Source: Squalus acanthias
Taxonomy: Eukaryota
Assembly (NCBI GenBank): GCA_030390025.1
Contig: CM059438.1
Location: forward strand, 54,126,001-54,190,000
Direction: 5' to 3'
DNA length: 64,000 nt
Shown: piece after piece, positions 1 through 13,400 of the stretch
Layout: every line of letters starts with the position of its first letter
How positions within the stretch are numbered: position 1 is the stretch's first letter
Notes under the pieces: model-generated
The model's database searches: none
Told to the model about the DNA's origin: nothing
What the model saw: only the letters and a program-made list of their open reading frames with translations
Program-made: the position numbers and the translations under genes

Positions 1-900
1 TATTCCCTTAAAGTTCTTTATAAACTCACCCCCAGATACTCCTCGTTCCCCAAACTAAATAACCCTGGGCTCTGTTCAGTATCAGTTTGGTGCCTTTTCA
101 GGGCCTGGATATCCTTCTTGTAGAATGGAACTGTACCCAGTACTTCAGGTGTGTGGTACCAGTGCCCTGAATTGTATCCAGTGCTCCAGATGTGGGGTAC
201 CAGTGCCCTGAATTGTATCCAGTGCTCCAGATGTGGGGTACCAGTGCCCTGAATTGTACCCAGTGCTCCAGGTGTGGGGTATCAGTGCCCTGAATTGTAC
301 CCAGTGCTCCAGATGTGGGTACCAGTGCCCTGAATTGTATCCAGTGCTCCAGGTGTGGGGGTACCAGTGCCCTGAATTGTATCCAGTGCTCCAGGTGTGG
401 GGTACCAGTGCCCTGAATTGTACCCAGTGCTCCAGGTGTGGGGTGCCAGTGCCCTGAATTGTATCCAGTGCTCCAGATGTGGGGTACCAGTGCCCTGAAT
501 TGTATCCAGTGCTCCAGGTGTGGGGGTACCAGTGCCCTGAATTGTATCCAGTGCTCCAGATGTGGGGTACCAGTGCCCTGAACTGTATTCAGTGCTCCAG
601 ATGTGGGGTACCTGTGCCCTGAATTGTATTCAGTGCTCCAGATGTGGGGTACCAGTACTTGTGCAGACTGATTATCCTCTCCTTGGATTTGTGCTCTACC
701 CCTCTAACTATACATCCCAGGATCCTGTTAGCTTGAGAGCAATTGCAAAGCCTCAGACCAGGAATTGGCCAGGTATAGTTCAGGTGCACACCACTGAATT
801 TGCCCAAATACTTCAGTTTTCCATTGAACACACCGTCCTGCTGCCTGTGTAAACAGAGCCAATTGGCTTTTGATGAATTCACAGTGACTGATGCCCAATG
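1..900 (-). mobile_element. Decayed CR1 LINE ORF2 fragment interrupted by a minisatellite
   Basis: Minus strand reads ANRILGCIVRGVEHKSKE...PHLEH...KKDIQALKR, like the other CR1 copies here. Confidence 0.75.
128..657. repeat. 41-bp minisatellite (gtggggtaccagtgccctgaattgtatccagtgctccagat)
   Basis: About 13 tandem copies. Confidence 0.95.
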
Positions 901-1236
901 CATTGCTTCTTGCCAATAGACTTCAATAAAATACCCTGTTTAGAAACGAGGTGTAAACAGGTTGAAAATGATCAGAGTTTCGAGCTCTGCCATGCACTAG
1001 TCCCAGGGAGGGAGGCTTCAGCCTGTCGCAGAGCCTGGGATTGGAAGCTGGGTCTTTGTCATCTTTATGTCTGTTACATGGTGCGGTGTCTTTACCCAGT
1101 AGGTCATCGGGAGAGCTGCCCTTCTGATTGCTGTCACGGTGTGATGACTGATAGCGGAGTGCGGAATTGAGCGAGGTTTTTCACCAGTGTGGTTAAAATT
1201 GTACATCATTGTCCTTCTGCTTATCTCCATCTTCAG

Positions 1237-1401
1237 TAAGAAGTGTTCGGGTGATGGTGTAACAGTCTACAAGGGTCGGTACCAAGTGGTGACGGTGAAT
1301 GAAGTCCTCGGTCCCCGTGGTGATCCAGAGAAACATTTGACCATTACAGCGAGCCAGCCGGGCAGCGGCGGCACAGAGCGGTGTGTTCTGAAAGATGACT
1401 G
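1237..1401 (+). CDS. DNA2: DNA2 coding exon (KKCSGDG...CVLKDDW)
   Basis: cttcag| acceptor, |gtgagg donor; YQVVTV...EKHLTITAS...CVLKDDW resembles the DNA2 N-terminal region. Confidence 0.85.
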
Positions 1402-4400
1402 GTGAGGAGCTCCAGTATTCCTGCTCTTCTGTACATGCAGATTCTCCGTGTTCTCAACCAACAGCTCTCCAGCGTGCTGGCTGAGACTGCTGACACGGCA
1501 GGTGTTGCATGTGGGGCTCTGCTTCCATTTGTCCTGTGCTGCTCACTCGCTGTGGTGGGAGTTCCGGGTGGACCCCCACGGGTATCATTGGCCCTCGCAG
1601 TCCGGCCCCGGGCAGTGGGTAGTCCGCAGCGGGCAGTCCGGCCCCGGGCAGTGGGTAGTCCGCAGCAGGCAGTCCGGCCCCGGGCAGTGGGTAGTCCGCA
1701 GCGAGCAGTCCGGCCCCGGGCAGTGGGTAGTCCGCAGCGGGCAGTCCGGCCCCGGGCAGTGGGTAGTCTGCAGCGGGCAGTCCCAGCCCCGGGCAGTGGG
1801 TAGTCCGCAGCGGGCAGTCCCAGCCCCGGGCAGTGGGTAGTCCGCAGCGGGCAGTCCCGCACCGGGCAGTGGGTAGTCCGCAGCGGGCAGTCCCGCCCCG
1901 GGCAGTGGGTAGTCCGCAGCAGGCAGTCCGGCCCCGGGCAGTGGGTAGTCCGCAGCGGGCAGTCCCGCCCCGGGCAGTGGGTAGTCCGCAGCGGGCAGTC
2001 CCGCACCGGGCAGTGGGTAGTCCGCAGCGGGCAGTCCGGCCCCGGGCAGTGGGTAGTCCGCAGCGGGCAGTCCGGCAGCGGGCAGTCCCGCCCCGGGCAG
2101 TGGGTAGTCCGCAGCGGGCAGTCCGGCCCCGGGCAGTGGGTAGTCCGCAGCGGGCAGTCCCGCCCCGGGCAGTGGGTAGTCCGCAGCGGGCAGTCCCGCA
2201 CCGGGCAGTGGGTAGTCCGCAGCGGGCAGTCCCGCCCCGGGCAGTGGGTAGTCCGCAGTGGGTAGTCCGCAGCGGGCAGTCCCGCCCCGGGCAGTGGGTA
2301 GTCCGCAGCGGGCAGTCCCGCACCGGGCAGTGGGTAGTTCGCAGCGGGCAGTCCGGCCCCGGGCAGCGGGCCTGTCTGTGCGGCTGGTATTTGCTGGTTT
2401 GTTCTGCTTGAATTCTGTGGACCTGGAAGCTTGGAACTGGACTGACTTTTTGTGCTTTTTGCCTCATTGGTGGATGAATCATGAAAGAGAAGACCCAGAT
2501 GTTGGTATCAGCAGCTGGAGGTATGTGGGAATTAATGGGGATGATTTAAACTTTGTATGTGGCCCTGAGGTACACACCTCTGCAACCCGGAGTACAAAAA
2601 GTGATGGGACTTAGTGAGACACTAGTTGGACAAATGATCACATTTTACAGAATGCTGTCACCGGTCACCAAAAGTATCATCGAAGCCAGAAAAGAACGAG
2701 TCACCAGATATATGTAGTGTGGGAAAAGTTGCACAAACCAATGCTTTAATGTTGAGTGATAAACTGGAGGTCCAACAACAGGAAAGCTACCTGTGGCGCA
2801 GGTGAGAGAAGATTCCCTGCACTCAGTGTGGCCAGCTTGCTGATGGGGTGTCATGTTTCTCACTGAGCTGTAGCGAGCCACAGCCCCTCGTAATGCTTTG
2901 TACACGGCTCACTCTTACAGATGACCACATTGTAGCAGGATGGTGGAGTGCAGATCTGTCTCTGAGATCACCACGGTCAGCCCCAGAGCCCAGCCGTCTT
3001 TTAGCGCTCACACATATTAAAAGCCCTCGATGTCTATCCATCTATATCTGCTTGCATTTATTTCATTTTATCAAAATCCCTTTGAATTTATTTCAGTCTG
3101 TCCACTTTTTCTATTCTTGGGATATGGGCGACACTAGGAAGGCGGGATGTACTACGGGAAACATTTTTTACTCCTCTCACTCCCTTCGAGTGTTGTCAGA
3201 GTAGGATTGACAGGGTTCTGTTTCTTGAACCGTCGGTGTCCGGGGCAAGGGGAAGAGATAAACCAGCTTCAGAATAAACCTCAACTGTGGAGCCAGGTTA
3301 TTGCTACACGGTGACAGGTCATCGACCTGAAACGTTGACTCTGTTTCCCTCTCCGCAGATACTGCCTGACCGGCTGAGCGTTTCCAGCATATTCTGTTTT
3401 TTAGTTTAGATTTGCAACGGCCACAGTATTTTGCTTTTACATTGAACTGATTGCAATGACCTTGATACTTCATGATCCAGCTGTCGAGTGAATCTAGATA
3501 TATTTTGAGATAGTCTGTTATCGATTTCAGGGACACTGTTGAAGTCAAAGCCGGGGACACGGTTCAGGTAGAAGGAGAGAAGCTCTCGGATACCTGGATA
3601 ATAAGCAGGGATTCTGGGTACCTGGTTGTGAGCCCTGACCACCTTATTTCTGGGACAAGCGTTGCCAACAGTATCCGGTGCATGCGCAGGGCTGTGCTGA
3701 ACGAGAGATTTAAGGTGAGATTTACAAACCTGTATCCTTCCGAGGATGTGTCCTATGAATAGCCAGCCAACCATTCGTGCAGTTAAGTACACTTCAGTTC
3801 CTCCCTGCGGGACATGGTAATTACATACGTTAAAAGAAAGAAAGACTTGCATTTATATAGCACCTTTCACAACCACCAAAGCGCTTTACAGCCGATTGAA
3901 GTACTTTTTGAAGTGTACTCACTGTTCTGTAGGAAACGCGGCAGCCAATTTGCACACAGCAAGCTCCCACAAACAGCAATGTGATAATGACCAAATAATC
4001 CATTTTTAGTGATGTTGATTGAGGGATAAATATTGGCCAGGACACTGGGGAGAACTCCCCATCTCCTCTTCGAAATAGTGGATCTTTTACGTCTACCTGA
4101 GAGAATAGACGGGGCCTCGGTTTAACAACTCATCCGAGAAACGGCACCTCCGACAGCGCAGCACTCCCTCAGCGCAGCACTCCCTCAGCGCAGCACTCCC
4201 TCGGCACTGCACTGGAGTGTTAGCCTAGATTTTTGTGCTCAAGTCTGTGGAGTGGGACTTGAACCCACAACTTTCTGACTCGGGCGAGAGTGCTATCAAC
4301 TGAGCCACAGCTGACACAGTATTCAAAGCCTGATCACCTCTGCCGCCTCTGTCCCCTGTAAGCAGTCTTCCTGGGTGGTTGTTAGGGGGGGGCGGCGGAA

Positions 4401-7400
4401 TTACTTACGGTGCTAGATTCCACCTGTGCTGAGATGGCCTCTGACTGGAGAAGGTTCACGGGTGCATCCTTGTTGCAGGAACACGAGGTTTGTGTCTGCT
4501 GTGTCTGTACGATGGGCACACAGCCTGCAGTTAGTTACATGTTCGGATAAGCTGTTTACAGGTGGACCTCAGCTGCTTCAGTTCCTCTTTTTTTTAATGG
4601 GTAACACGAGCAAGAGCTCCCTTCAATGTTGCACCCCAATCAGCTTCATGTTTCACTCGCTTCTTTCCTCGAATGCTGAGTGGTTGCTTGGACCCTGCAG
4701 CCGTGCCTGGGCTACCTGACTCTGCTGCAGTGCAATTGAGTTTGAGTTCGGGCTGCTGCTTGTGTCATATTTAAAGTTAGTGAGTAGCTCCAGGGTATGG
4801 GCTGGGAACAAGGGGACACATGGAGTAGTTAATGCTGGTAAGGGAAGTGGTGGGCAGAAAATTTGCTCTGGACCCCATTCTAAACCCTCCATCTGAAACC
4901 AGAGAGAGCACAGGTTCTGTGCCAACTGTTGAGAATTGTTGCCATTTTTCACTAAGTTTATTCATAAAAACAAAACTATGAACCTCTAACAAACATGGCA
5001 GTCATTTTGTGAGTGGGGTTTTATTGTTTTTCCGCTGTTAGATTCTGTTATATACCTCGTGCCCGTCCAGATATTAGACGGATATATACAAGGAGCTTGT
5101 ACTTGACTTTCCACATTCTCTGGCTGTTGGCACAGCTCCTGCTTTCAGGCTGGCTCTACCCCACCACTGCCTTGTCTTACGTGTCTCATTTCATGTCTGT
5201 GTGTGTGAGACACACTGTTGTGTGTGAGGCTCCGTGTCTCTCACTGTTGTGTGTGTGAGGCTCCGTGTCTCTCACTGTTGTGTGTGTGTGAGGCTCCGTG
5301 TCTCTCACTGTTGTGTGTGGCTCCGTGTCTCTCACTGTTGTGTGTGAGGCTCCGTGTCTCTCACTGTTGTGTGTGAGGCTCCGTGTCTCTCACTGTTGTG
5401 TGTGTGTGAGGCTCCGTGTCTCTCACTGTTGTGTGTGAGGCTCCGTGTCTCTCACTGTTGTGTGTGAGGCTCCGTGTCTCTCACTGTTGTGTGTGTGTGA
5501 GGCTCCGTGTCTCTCACTGTTGTGTGTGAGGCTCCGTGTCTCTCACTGTTGTGTGTGTGTGGCTCCGTGTCTCTCACTGTTGTGTGTGTGTGAGGCTCCG
5601 TGTCTCTCACTGTTGTGTGTGTGTGAGGCTCCGTGTCTCTCACTGTTGTGTGTGTGTGAGGCTCCGTGTCTCTCTTTGTGTTTGTGTGAGGCTCCGTGTC
5701 TCTCACTGTTGTTTGTGTGTGAGGCTCCGTGTCTCTCACTGTTGTGTGTGTGTGAGGCTCCGTGTCTCTCACTGTTGTGTGTGTGTGAGGCTCCGTGTCT
5801 CTCACTGTTGTGTGTGTGAGGCTCCGTGTCTCTCACTGTTGTGTGTGTGTGAGGCTCCGTGTCTCTCACTGTTGTGTGTGGCTCCGTGTCTCTCACTGTT
5901 GTGTGTGAGGCTCCGTGTCTCTCACTGTTGTGTGTGAGGCTCCGTGTCTCTCACTGTTGTGTGTGTGTGAGGCTCCGTGTCTCTCACTGTTGTGTGTGAG
6001 GCTCCGTGTCTCTCACTGTTGTGTGTGAGGCTCCGTGTCTCTCACTGTTGTGTGTGTGTGAGGCTCCGTGTCTCTCACTGTTGTGTGTGAGGCTCCGTGT
6101 CTCTCACTGTTGTGTGTGTGTGGCTCCGTGTCTCTCACTGTTGTGTGTGTGTGAGGCTCCGTGTCTCTCACTGTTGTGTGTGTGTGAGGCTCCGTGTCTC
6201 TCACTGTTGTGTGTGTGTGAGGCTCCGTGTCTCTCACTGTTGTTTGTGTGTGAGGCTCCGTGTCTCTCACTGTTGTGTGTGTGTGAGGCTCCGTGTCTCT
6301 CACTGTTGTGTGTGTGTGAGGCTCCGTGTCTCTCTTTGTGTGTGTGTGAGGCTCCGTGTCTCTCACTGTTGTGTGTGTGTGAGGCTCCGTGTCTCTCACT
6401 GTTGTGTGTGTGTGGCTCCGTGTCTCTCACTGTTGTGTGTGTGAGGCTCCGTGTCTCTCACTGTTGTGTGTGTGTGAGGCTCCGTGTCTCTCACTGTTTG
6501 TGTGTGAGGCTCCGTGTCTCTCACTGTTGTGTGTGTGTGAGGCTCCGTGTCTCTCACTGTTGTGTGTGTGTGAGGCTCCGTGTCTCTCACTGTTGTGTGT
6601 GTGTGGCTCCGTGTCTCTCACTGTTGTGTGTGTGTGGCTCCGTGTCTCTCACTGTTGTGTGTGTGAGGCTCCGTGTCTCTCACTGTTGTGTGTGTGTGTG
6701 TGTGAGGCTCCGTGTCTCTCACTGTTTTGTGTGTGTGAGGCTCCGTGTCTCTCACTGTTGTGTGTGGCTCCGTGTCTCTCACTGTTGTGTGTGGCTCCGT
6801 GTCTCTCACTGTTGTGTGTGTGAGGCTCCGTGTCTCTCACTGTTGTGTGTGTGTGAGGCTCCGTGTCTCTCTCTGTTGTGTGTGTGTGAGGCTCCGTGTC
6901 TCTCACTGTTGTGTGTGGGGCTCCGTGGTGTGTGTGTGTGTGTGTGTGTGTGGGGCTCCGTGATATGTGTGTGTGTGTGTGTGTGTGAGGCTCCGTGTCT
7001 CTCTTTGTGTGTGTGTGTGGCTCCGTGTCTCTCACTGTTGTGTGTGTGTGGGGCTCCGTGGTGTGTGTGTGTGGGGCTCCGTGATATGTGTGTGTGTGTG
7101 TGAGGCTCCGTGTCTCTCTTTGTGTGTGTGTGAGGCTCCGTGTCTCTCACTGTTGTGTGTGTGTGGGGCTCCGTGGTGTGTGTGTGTGTGTGTGGGGCTC
7201 CGTGATATGTGTGTGTGTGTGTGAGGCTCTGTGTCTCTCTTTGTGTGTGTGTGTGGCTCCGTGTCTCTCTCTGTTGTGTGTGTGTGAGGCTCCGTGTCGC
7301 TCTCTATGTGTGTGTGTGTCTCACTGTTGTGTCTGTGTCGAAAATAATTGCTGAGACTGGAGTTTGGTGCAGTCACACCGGGCCTAGACTGGGTCAGTGA

Positions 7401-10400
7401 CTGAGCTTTAAGATTGCCCACTGCAGGTTTGTTTTCAGCTTGCATTGTGATTTTGATTTCCATGGTTACTGTAGTACAATAACTCACTCCTTAATGAGCA
7501 GTTGTAGTATCTCCGCACTCCTAGTTACACACGCCCAGAGTTTGCAGCCAGGGAAAGTTTCATTATGTTGTCATATCTAGTAGTGTTTACTTTTTGATGA
7601 ATATTTTCATTCTTGTTTTTGTTTTCAAGGCCTGTGAAAAGGGATCGAGACAGATGCTAGTCGGCACTTTAGTTCACGAGATCTTTCAAAAAGCAGCAAT
7701 GAGCAACAGGTTTACACAGAATGGGCTGGAAGAAATAACCTCTCAAACAGTCTATGCCCCAAAGTACTTGGGAGAGATGTAAGCAGTGTTTGTCTCACTT
7801 CTTGTGGTTTTAGTGGAAATACTTTATTAGCTGGAGGACTTGGTAATGCTTGCTATAACTGTGACCTTAAGATGTGAAATGCAGCTTTCTGCACTGGCTG
7901 AGTGGGTGAGGATTCCGTCTTGGCTGGTGCTCAACCATATGCACCAGAAGGTCCAAGTTTGGTTCCTGGTCTGTTAACCTAATGGCCCGTAATTTCCGAC
8001 AGGAGGCTTCCTGCGTGCGGATGCCTCCTGTCGGAAAAAAATCTACACACTTACCTGAGGGCTCCCGAGATCCGGACACTTCCGCTCCTGGGCGCCTCCA
8101 CAGTTGAAATGCGCAGGGCCCATGTATCCCAGGGGCGCAGGCGGTTCGCAAGCGTCCCTGGGATCACGTGGGCCAGGCGAGCCAATGAAAGAAGGGAATC
8201 TCCCTTCATACTTTTGACAGATATATCTGTCAAAACTATGAATGGGGATCACCCCAAAAAGACACTAAAACATTAAATAAATTTGAAAAAAACCATCACG
8301 TTTTTAAAATGAGTTGAAATTACATTGTTAAATATTTTAAACAATTTAATTTTGAAAAAAATAACTAGTTTTTTACAGGGCTAAAAATAAACTTATCTTT
8401 TTTAAAAGTATTTTTAAATTAAAAATGAGTGAAAAAATATATTTAAAATTTTTTTTAAAACTCTTATGCTGGTAAAAGCAGGCCTTACGCCTTTTACCAG
8501 GTGTAAGATTTTTAAGTGATTTCAGCGGGCGGAGGTTCTGCAGAAAGCGGAACTCTTCTCCCCCCCCCCCCCCCCACCCCTCCCCGCAGAAGCCCTTCTC
8601 CAGGGCAGGCGTTCGATTGATCGGAAATGCCAGTTTTCAGCACATGCACTTCGCATGCCTGAAACCAGCATTTCCGATGTCCTTACGGGTGTGTACACAG
8701 CTCGTAAACACCCGTAGGCATCGGAAAATACGGGCCAATCTCATCCACGGCAACAGACAAATTGCTACAACTGTCCTCAGTGCCCCTGAGTGAGGGAGAG
8801 AGAATGACCCAGGGCGCTCTCCTGATTATTGTCCATGGGCCCTGCTGGAATGTACATGTCGGCTGAAGACCAGATTAAACTGAATTGTAAGGCCCACCAC
8901 AGTTGAATAGCCTCCGCTCCTCACTGCCTGGGCATATATGTGGACCAAGGCTGCTCGTACTGTGGAACTACACCCCACATGAGTTCGCACCTTTGAGTAA
9001 ACTGGGGCGAACTGTCATTTATAATAGAACCTTATCACATCCTCAGGATAGCCAATTAATTACTTTGAAGTGCGGTTACTGTTACATTGGCAAACGCAGC
9101 AGCCAATTTCCACTCAAGAAGATCCCATAAACTGCAAATGAGATGAATAACGGGTTAATTTGTTTTTATAGTTGTGTTGGTTGGGGGAAGGAATGTTGAC
9201 AAGGACAGCATAAATTCCTTGATCCTTTTTGAATAGTGCTATGGGATCTATTCAGCCCACTTAAAATTCTCATCTGAACCACAGTCCTGTTATGTTTTGG
9301 GGGCTCTTATTTACTTCAAAAAATATTTTGGCTCTAGCATTTCGGACCATCCTTCTGAGCCAGAGAGAGTTTTTTCAATTTTCCAGATATTGGGGTAAAT
9401 TAGTAGTTTGTCCAGGGAATTAACAGAGAACTTTCCACTTTATTTCGTTTTACAGGTTTTATCACGCACGCTCATGGGATCTCCTTTGACTTTAGAAGCC
9501 AGCAGAATAACCCTGTGCCTCAGACTTTAACTGTTAAACAACTTTATCAAAATGTAAAAGAATGACAGAACAGTGACACTGTAGATTGTACAGCAGTTGT
9601 TATGTGTAACTATCTCAATTAAGTATAAAAGATGGGCTTAGAGGAGGAGGGGGAGGTGGTGAGACAGAGGTGTTTAGGGAGGGAATTCCAGAGAATGAGG
9701 TCTAGGTGGCTAGGCAAAGGGAGGGCGAGAGGGGGATGCAGAACAGGTTGGAGTTCGAGGAGCAGAATGTTCTGGAGGGGGGTGGGGGTGGTTGAAAGTC
9801 TGGATACAGAGCTGGGGAGGGGCAAGGCCATGATGGGGTTCAAACACAAGGATGAAAATTTTCAAGTGAAGGTGTTGGACAGGGAGCCAATGTAGATCAG
9901 TGTAGACGGGTGACGGGTGATCGGGACATGGAGGGTGTGAGGCTGGCCAGGAGAGCATTGGAATAGTCAAGTCTGGGGGTAACCATATCCTTGTGTACTA
10001 GTTTGTTTATTTTTCTCTCAGTCCATGTTAGCTCCCTGGCCTATCTATATCGTCCCAAAGACTTCCATTTGAAGGACTCTCCAATTTGAACAAGACAGGC
10101 TGATACTTTCAAACAATGGGATGCGTTTTGGATTAGTTCAGCTGAGATCCAGTACAGACACAATGGGCCGAATGGTCACCTTCTGTGCTGTAAACATTTC
10201 TGGAAGATTTTAGTGGCTTGAAATGTGTATAATCCGATGATCCAAAGACTTTGTCTGTTTGTAATACCTTTGGTGAGCATCCTGAGTGACGGTATCTAAC
10301 TGTCACAATTGTTACACATGCAACTGGCTGTCCAATGAGTACTACGCCAGGATCTATGTTTGCAGGGTGAGTCCTCCCTGTGGATCTCGTATTTTGGTGA

Positions 10401-13400
10401 TGGGTGAGCTATCAATAAATCCTCTGGGTGAGGATGGTGTGTGTGACTTTCATTGGGTGAGGATGGAGTGTGGGTGACATTGGGTGAGGATGGAGTGTGG
10501 GTGACATTGGGTGAGGATGGAGTGTGGGTGACATTGGGTGAGGACGGTGTGTGTGACTTTCATTGGGTGAGGATGGAGTGTGGGTGACATTGGGTGAGGA
10601 TGGAGTGTGGGTGACATTGGGTGAGGATGGAGTGTGGGTGACATTGGGTGAGGATGGAGTGTGGGTGACATTGGGTGAGGACGGTGTGTGTGACTTTCAT
10701 TGGGTGAGGATGGAGTGTGGGTGACATTGGGTGAGGATGGAGTGTGGGTGACATTGGGTGAGGATGGAGTGTGGGTGACATTGGGTGAGGATGGAGTGTG
10801 GGTGACATTGGGTGAGGATGGAGTGTGGGTGACATTCATTGGGTGAGGACGGTATGAGTCACTATTCGAAGGCTGCGGTGCCTTGCTCGGGTCTTTTTGT
10901 GTTTCTCTCACACGTCGAGCTTCCGATTTCTTATGCCACTGAGGTTTACGGTCAGACAGCAGGAGGTGTAAAAGACCCTAAAGGATGAAAGATCTAGTTA
11001 AATATTTGTGTTTGCAGATTATCTCACTGTGTGGAAACTGGCATATCGTTCCCTCAATATGATTTTGCCGCCTTTTACTGAGAGCAAGAATAGGAGCCGG
11101 AACGTCAGGAACCCGTTTGATCAGTGTTCCAATGTGAATGCAGTCCCAGAGGCGCAAGTGTGCCCAGGGACAGCATTCACATTGAATATTAGAGGCTGAT
11201 ATTGCTGTAATTGGGGCGTTTAAAAATTTGTGGAAAAACTTGACATTGGCATACACTCCTCGCTGGGCAGGGCCCACTTTTTGGTTTCGAGTATGTCGCT
11301 GCTAAGGTGTGAGCTAAAGTGTGGGTTATGTAGTAGTCTCCCCCCCTCTCGCCCTTGCAAAGTGCCTTGAGTTTTTCTATGTTAAAGGTGCTTTATCAAT
11401 GCTGACACTAACTGTGGCCTATCCATGCTGCTGCATGGTATTCAGGAGTGGAAATCCTCACTGATTTACCATCCATAACACACAGGAACGAAGACCAAAG
11501 GTAACGTCCCTATTGCTGCCTCGGGGGATTAAACATGGCACCTTCCTGGTTCGCATGGCTCAGCTATTCACTGGATAAACTCACTGACTCATAAGGGATC
11601 CCACTTCAGCAGGTCTTTGGACTAACCTTGATCTTGTTTTTGAAATACAGGTACAGTTTGAATCTGAGTCAAACAGACATGATGCAAGCGGCAGAAGAAT
11701 ACCTCCCGTCGTTGGTGACCTGGGCTCAAGACTTCATGCACGATTCTCCTCAGTCTGGCAGACAGCAATTGCAGCTTAAACTGTACGTGATGTTCCATAT
11801 CTATTACACTTAGTGTGCAGGTTGGTACACTGAGCAAGCAAGGTGCAGTGGAATAGAATCTGCAGCACAGAAACTGGTCTCTGCTGGTGTTTATACTCCC
11901 ACTCTAATGACCTTTTCCCACCTTGGTTTCTTGGCTACATAACCTACCTAAGGTGCAAGTGACCTATTGGCTGGGGAGTAACACAGCAGAGAAACGGAGT
12001 GAAATGATATTAGAAGGTGTGGGGGGGGGAAGGGAGCCCTGCACCTTCCCCCTGCCCGCCCCACCCCTGCCCCCACGCAGGTCCCCGCTATCTGTGGCCT
12101 AACTCGTGACTAGCTATATCAAGCTTAAATGTGATGTTATTTCTTATATTTTTCGTAGCCCCAGTGAGCGAGGCCTGTTCGGACCGGATTCTGTGTGTGG
12201 TATCACAGTGCTTGATATTGAAGAGAATATTTGGTCCCCGAAGTTTGGCTTAAAGGGCAAGATTGATGTAACAGCCACTGTTAAAATTCACCGCAAGTCC
12301 AGGACCCAGACCAGAATCATGCCTTTGGAGCTTAAAACTGGAAAAGAATCTAACTCAGTGGAGCACAGAAGTCAGGTATGTGGCTCAGCGTCGTAGGGTA
12401 CAGTTCCTGAAGGTGCTGACTCCCACTGGGGTACAGTTCCTGAAGGTGCTGACTCTCTCTGGGGTACAGTTCCTGAAGGTGCTGACTCTCACTGGGGTAC
12501 AGTTCCTGAAGGTGCTGACTTTCACTGGGGTACAGTTCCTGAAGATGCTGACTCTCACTGGGGTACAGTTTCTGAAGATGCTGACTCTCTCTGGGGTACA
12601 GTTCCTGAAGGTGCTGACTCTCACTGGGGTACAGTTCCTGAAGGTGCTGACTCTCCCTGGGGTACAGTTCCTGAAGGTGCTGACTCTCACTGGGGTACAG
12701 TTCCTGAAGATGCTGACACTCACTGGGGTACAGTTCCTGAAGGTGCTGACTCTCCCTGGGGTACAGTTCCTGAAGGTGCTGACTCTCACTGGGGTACAGT
12801 TCCTGAAGGTGCTGACTCTCACTGGGGTACAGTTCCTGAAGATGCTGACTCTCTCTATAGAGAGAGAAAATCCTCACCCACTGCTTGCTGTTTTCTGTCC
12901 TTTTAACCAGCTTCCTTTCATTGCTGCCACCCTCCCTCTAATATCACTTAATTTTATCGACAATCTCCTGCATGACACCTGATCAAATACCTTTTCAAAA
13001 TTAACTTGTCATTTATCAATACAATACATGATTTCCTCAGAGAACTCTATTCAATTTATAAGGCATGACTTGCCTTTACAAATCCGTGCTGACTGTTCTT
13101 AATAAACCCATGTCCTTCTGGGTTAATTTAGAACTTGAGTATTAATTTTATCCTGTATTATGGACTCTCGAAGGTTACCCGTTACTGATCTTGGGCCGAC
13201 TGGTCTACAGTTCCTTGGTTTATCCCTTTCTCCATTTTAGAACAGAGGTGTTACACTGGTAATCCTCCAGTCCCTGAGGCAACTTCCATATCTCAGGATG
13301 TTTGATAGATTGTGGTCAGAGCCTCTGCTGTTTCCTCTGTGACATCCCTCAGTATCCCAAGATACAGCCATCAGGGCCCGGAGCCTTTTGCATTTTCAGT

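Noticed and set aside
233-1236. DNA2 start exon within the window
   Set aside because: Region is CR1 remnant and minisatellite; I found no credible promoter, ATG and phase-2 donor.
1344-2482. Long ORFs of 200-365 aa over tandem arrays (also 6006-7103, 16330-17379, 37064-38051, 54584-55660, 58990-59966)
   Set aside because: Stop-free by-products of repeat units, open in several frames and strands, lying inside introns.
12395-12857. Regular 25-41-bp repeats resembling CRISPR arrays
   Set aside because: Head-to-tail units with no unique spacers, no cas genes, eukaryotic intron context.
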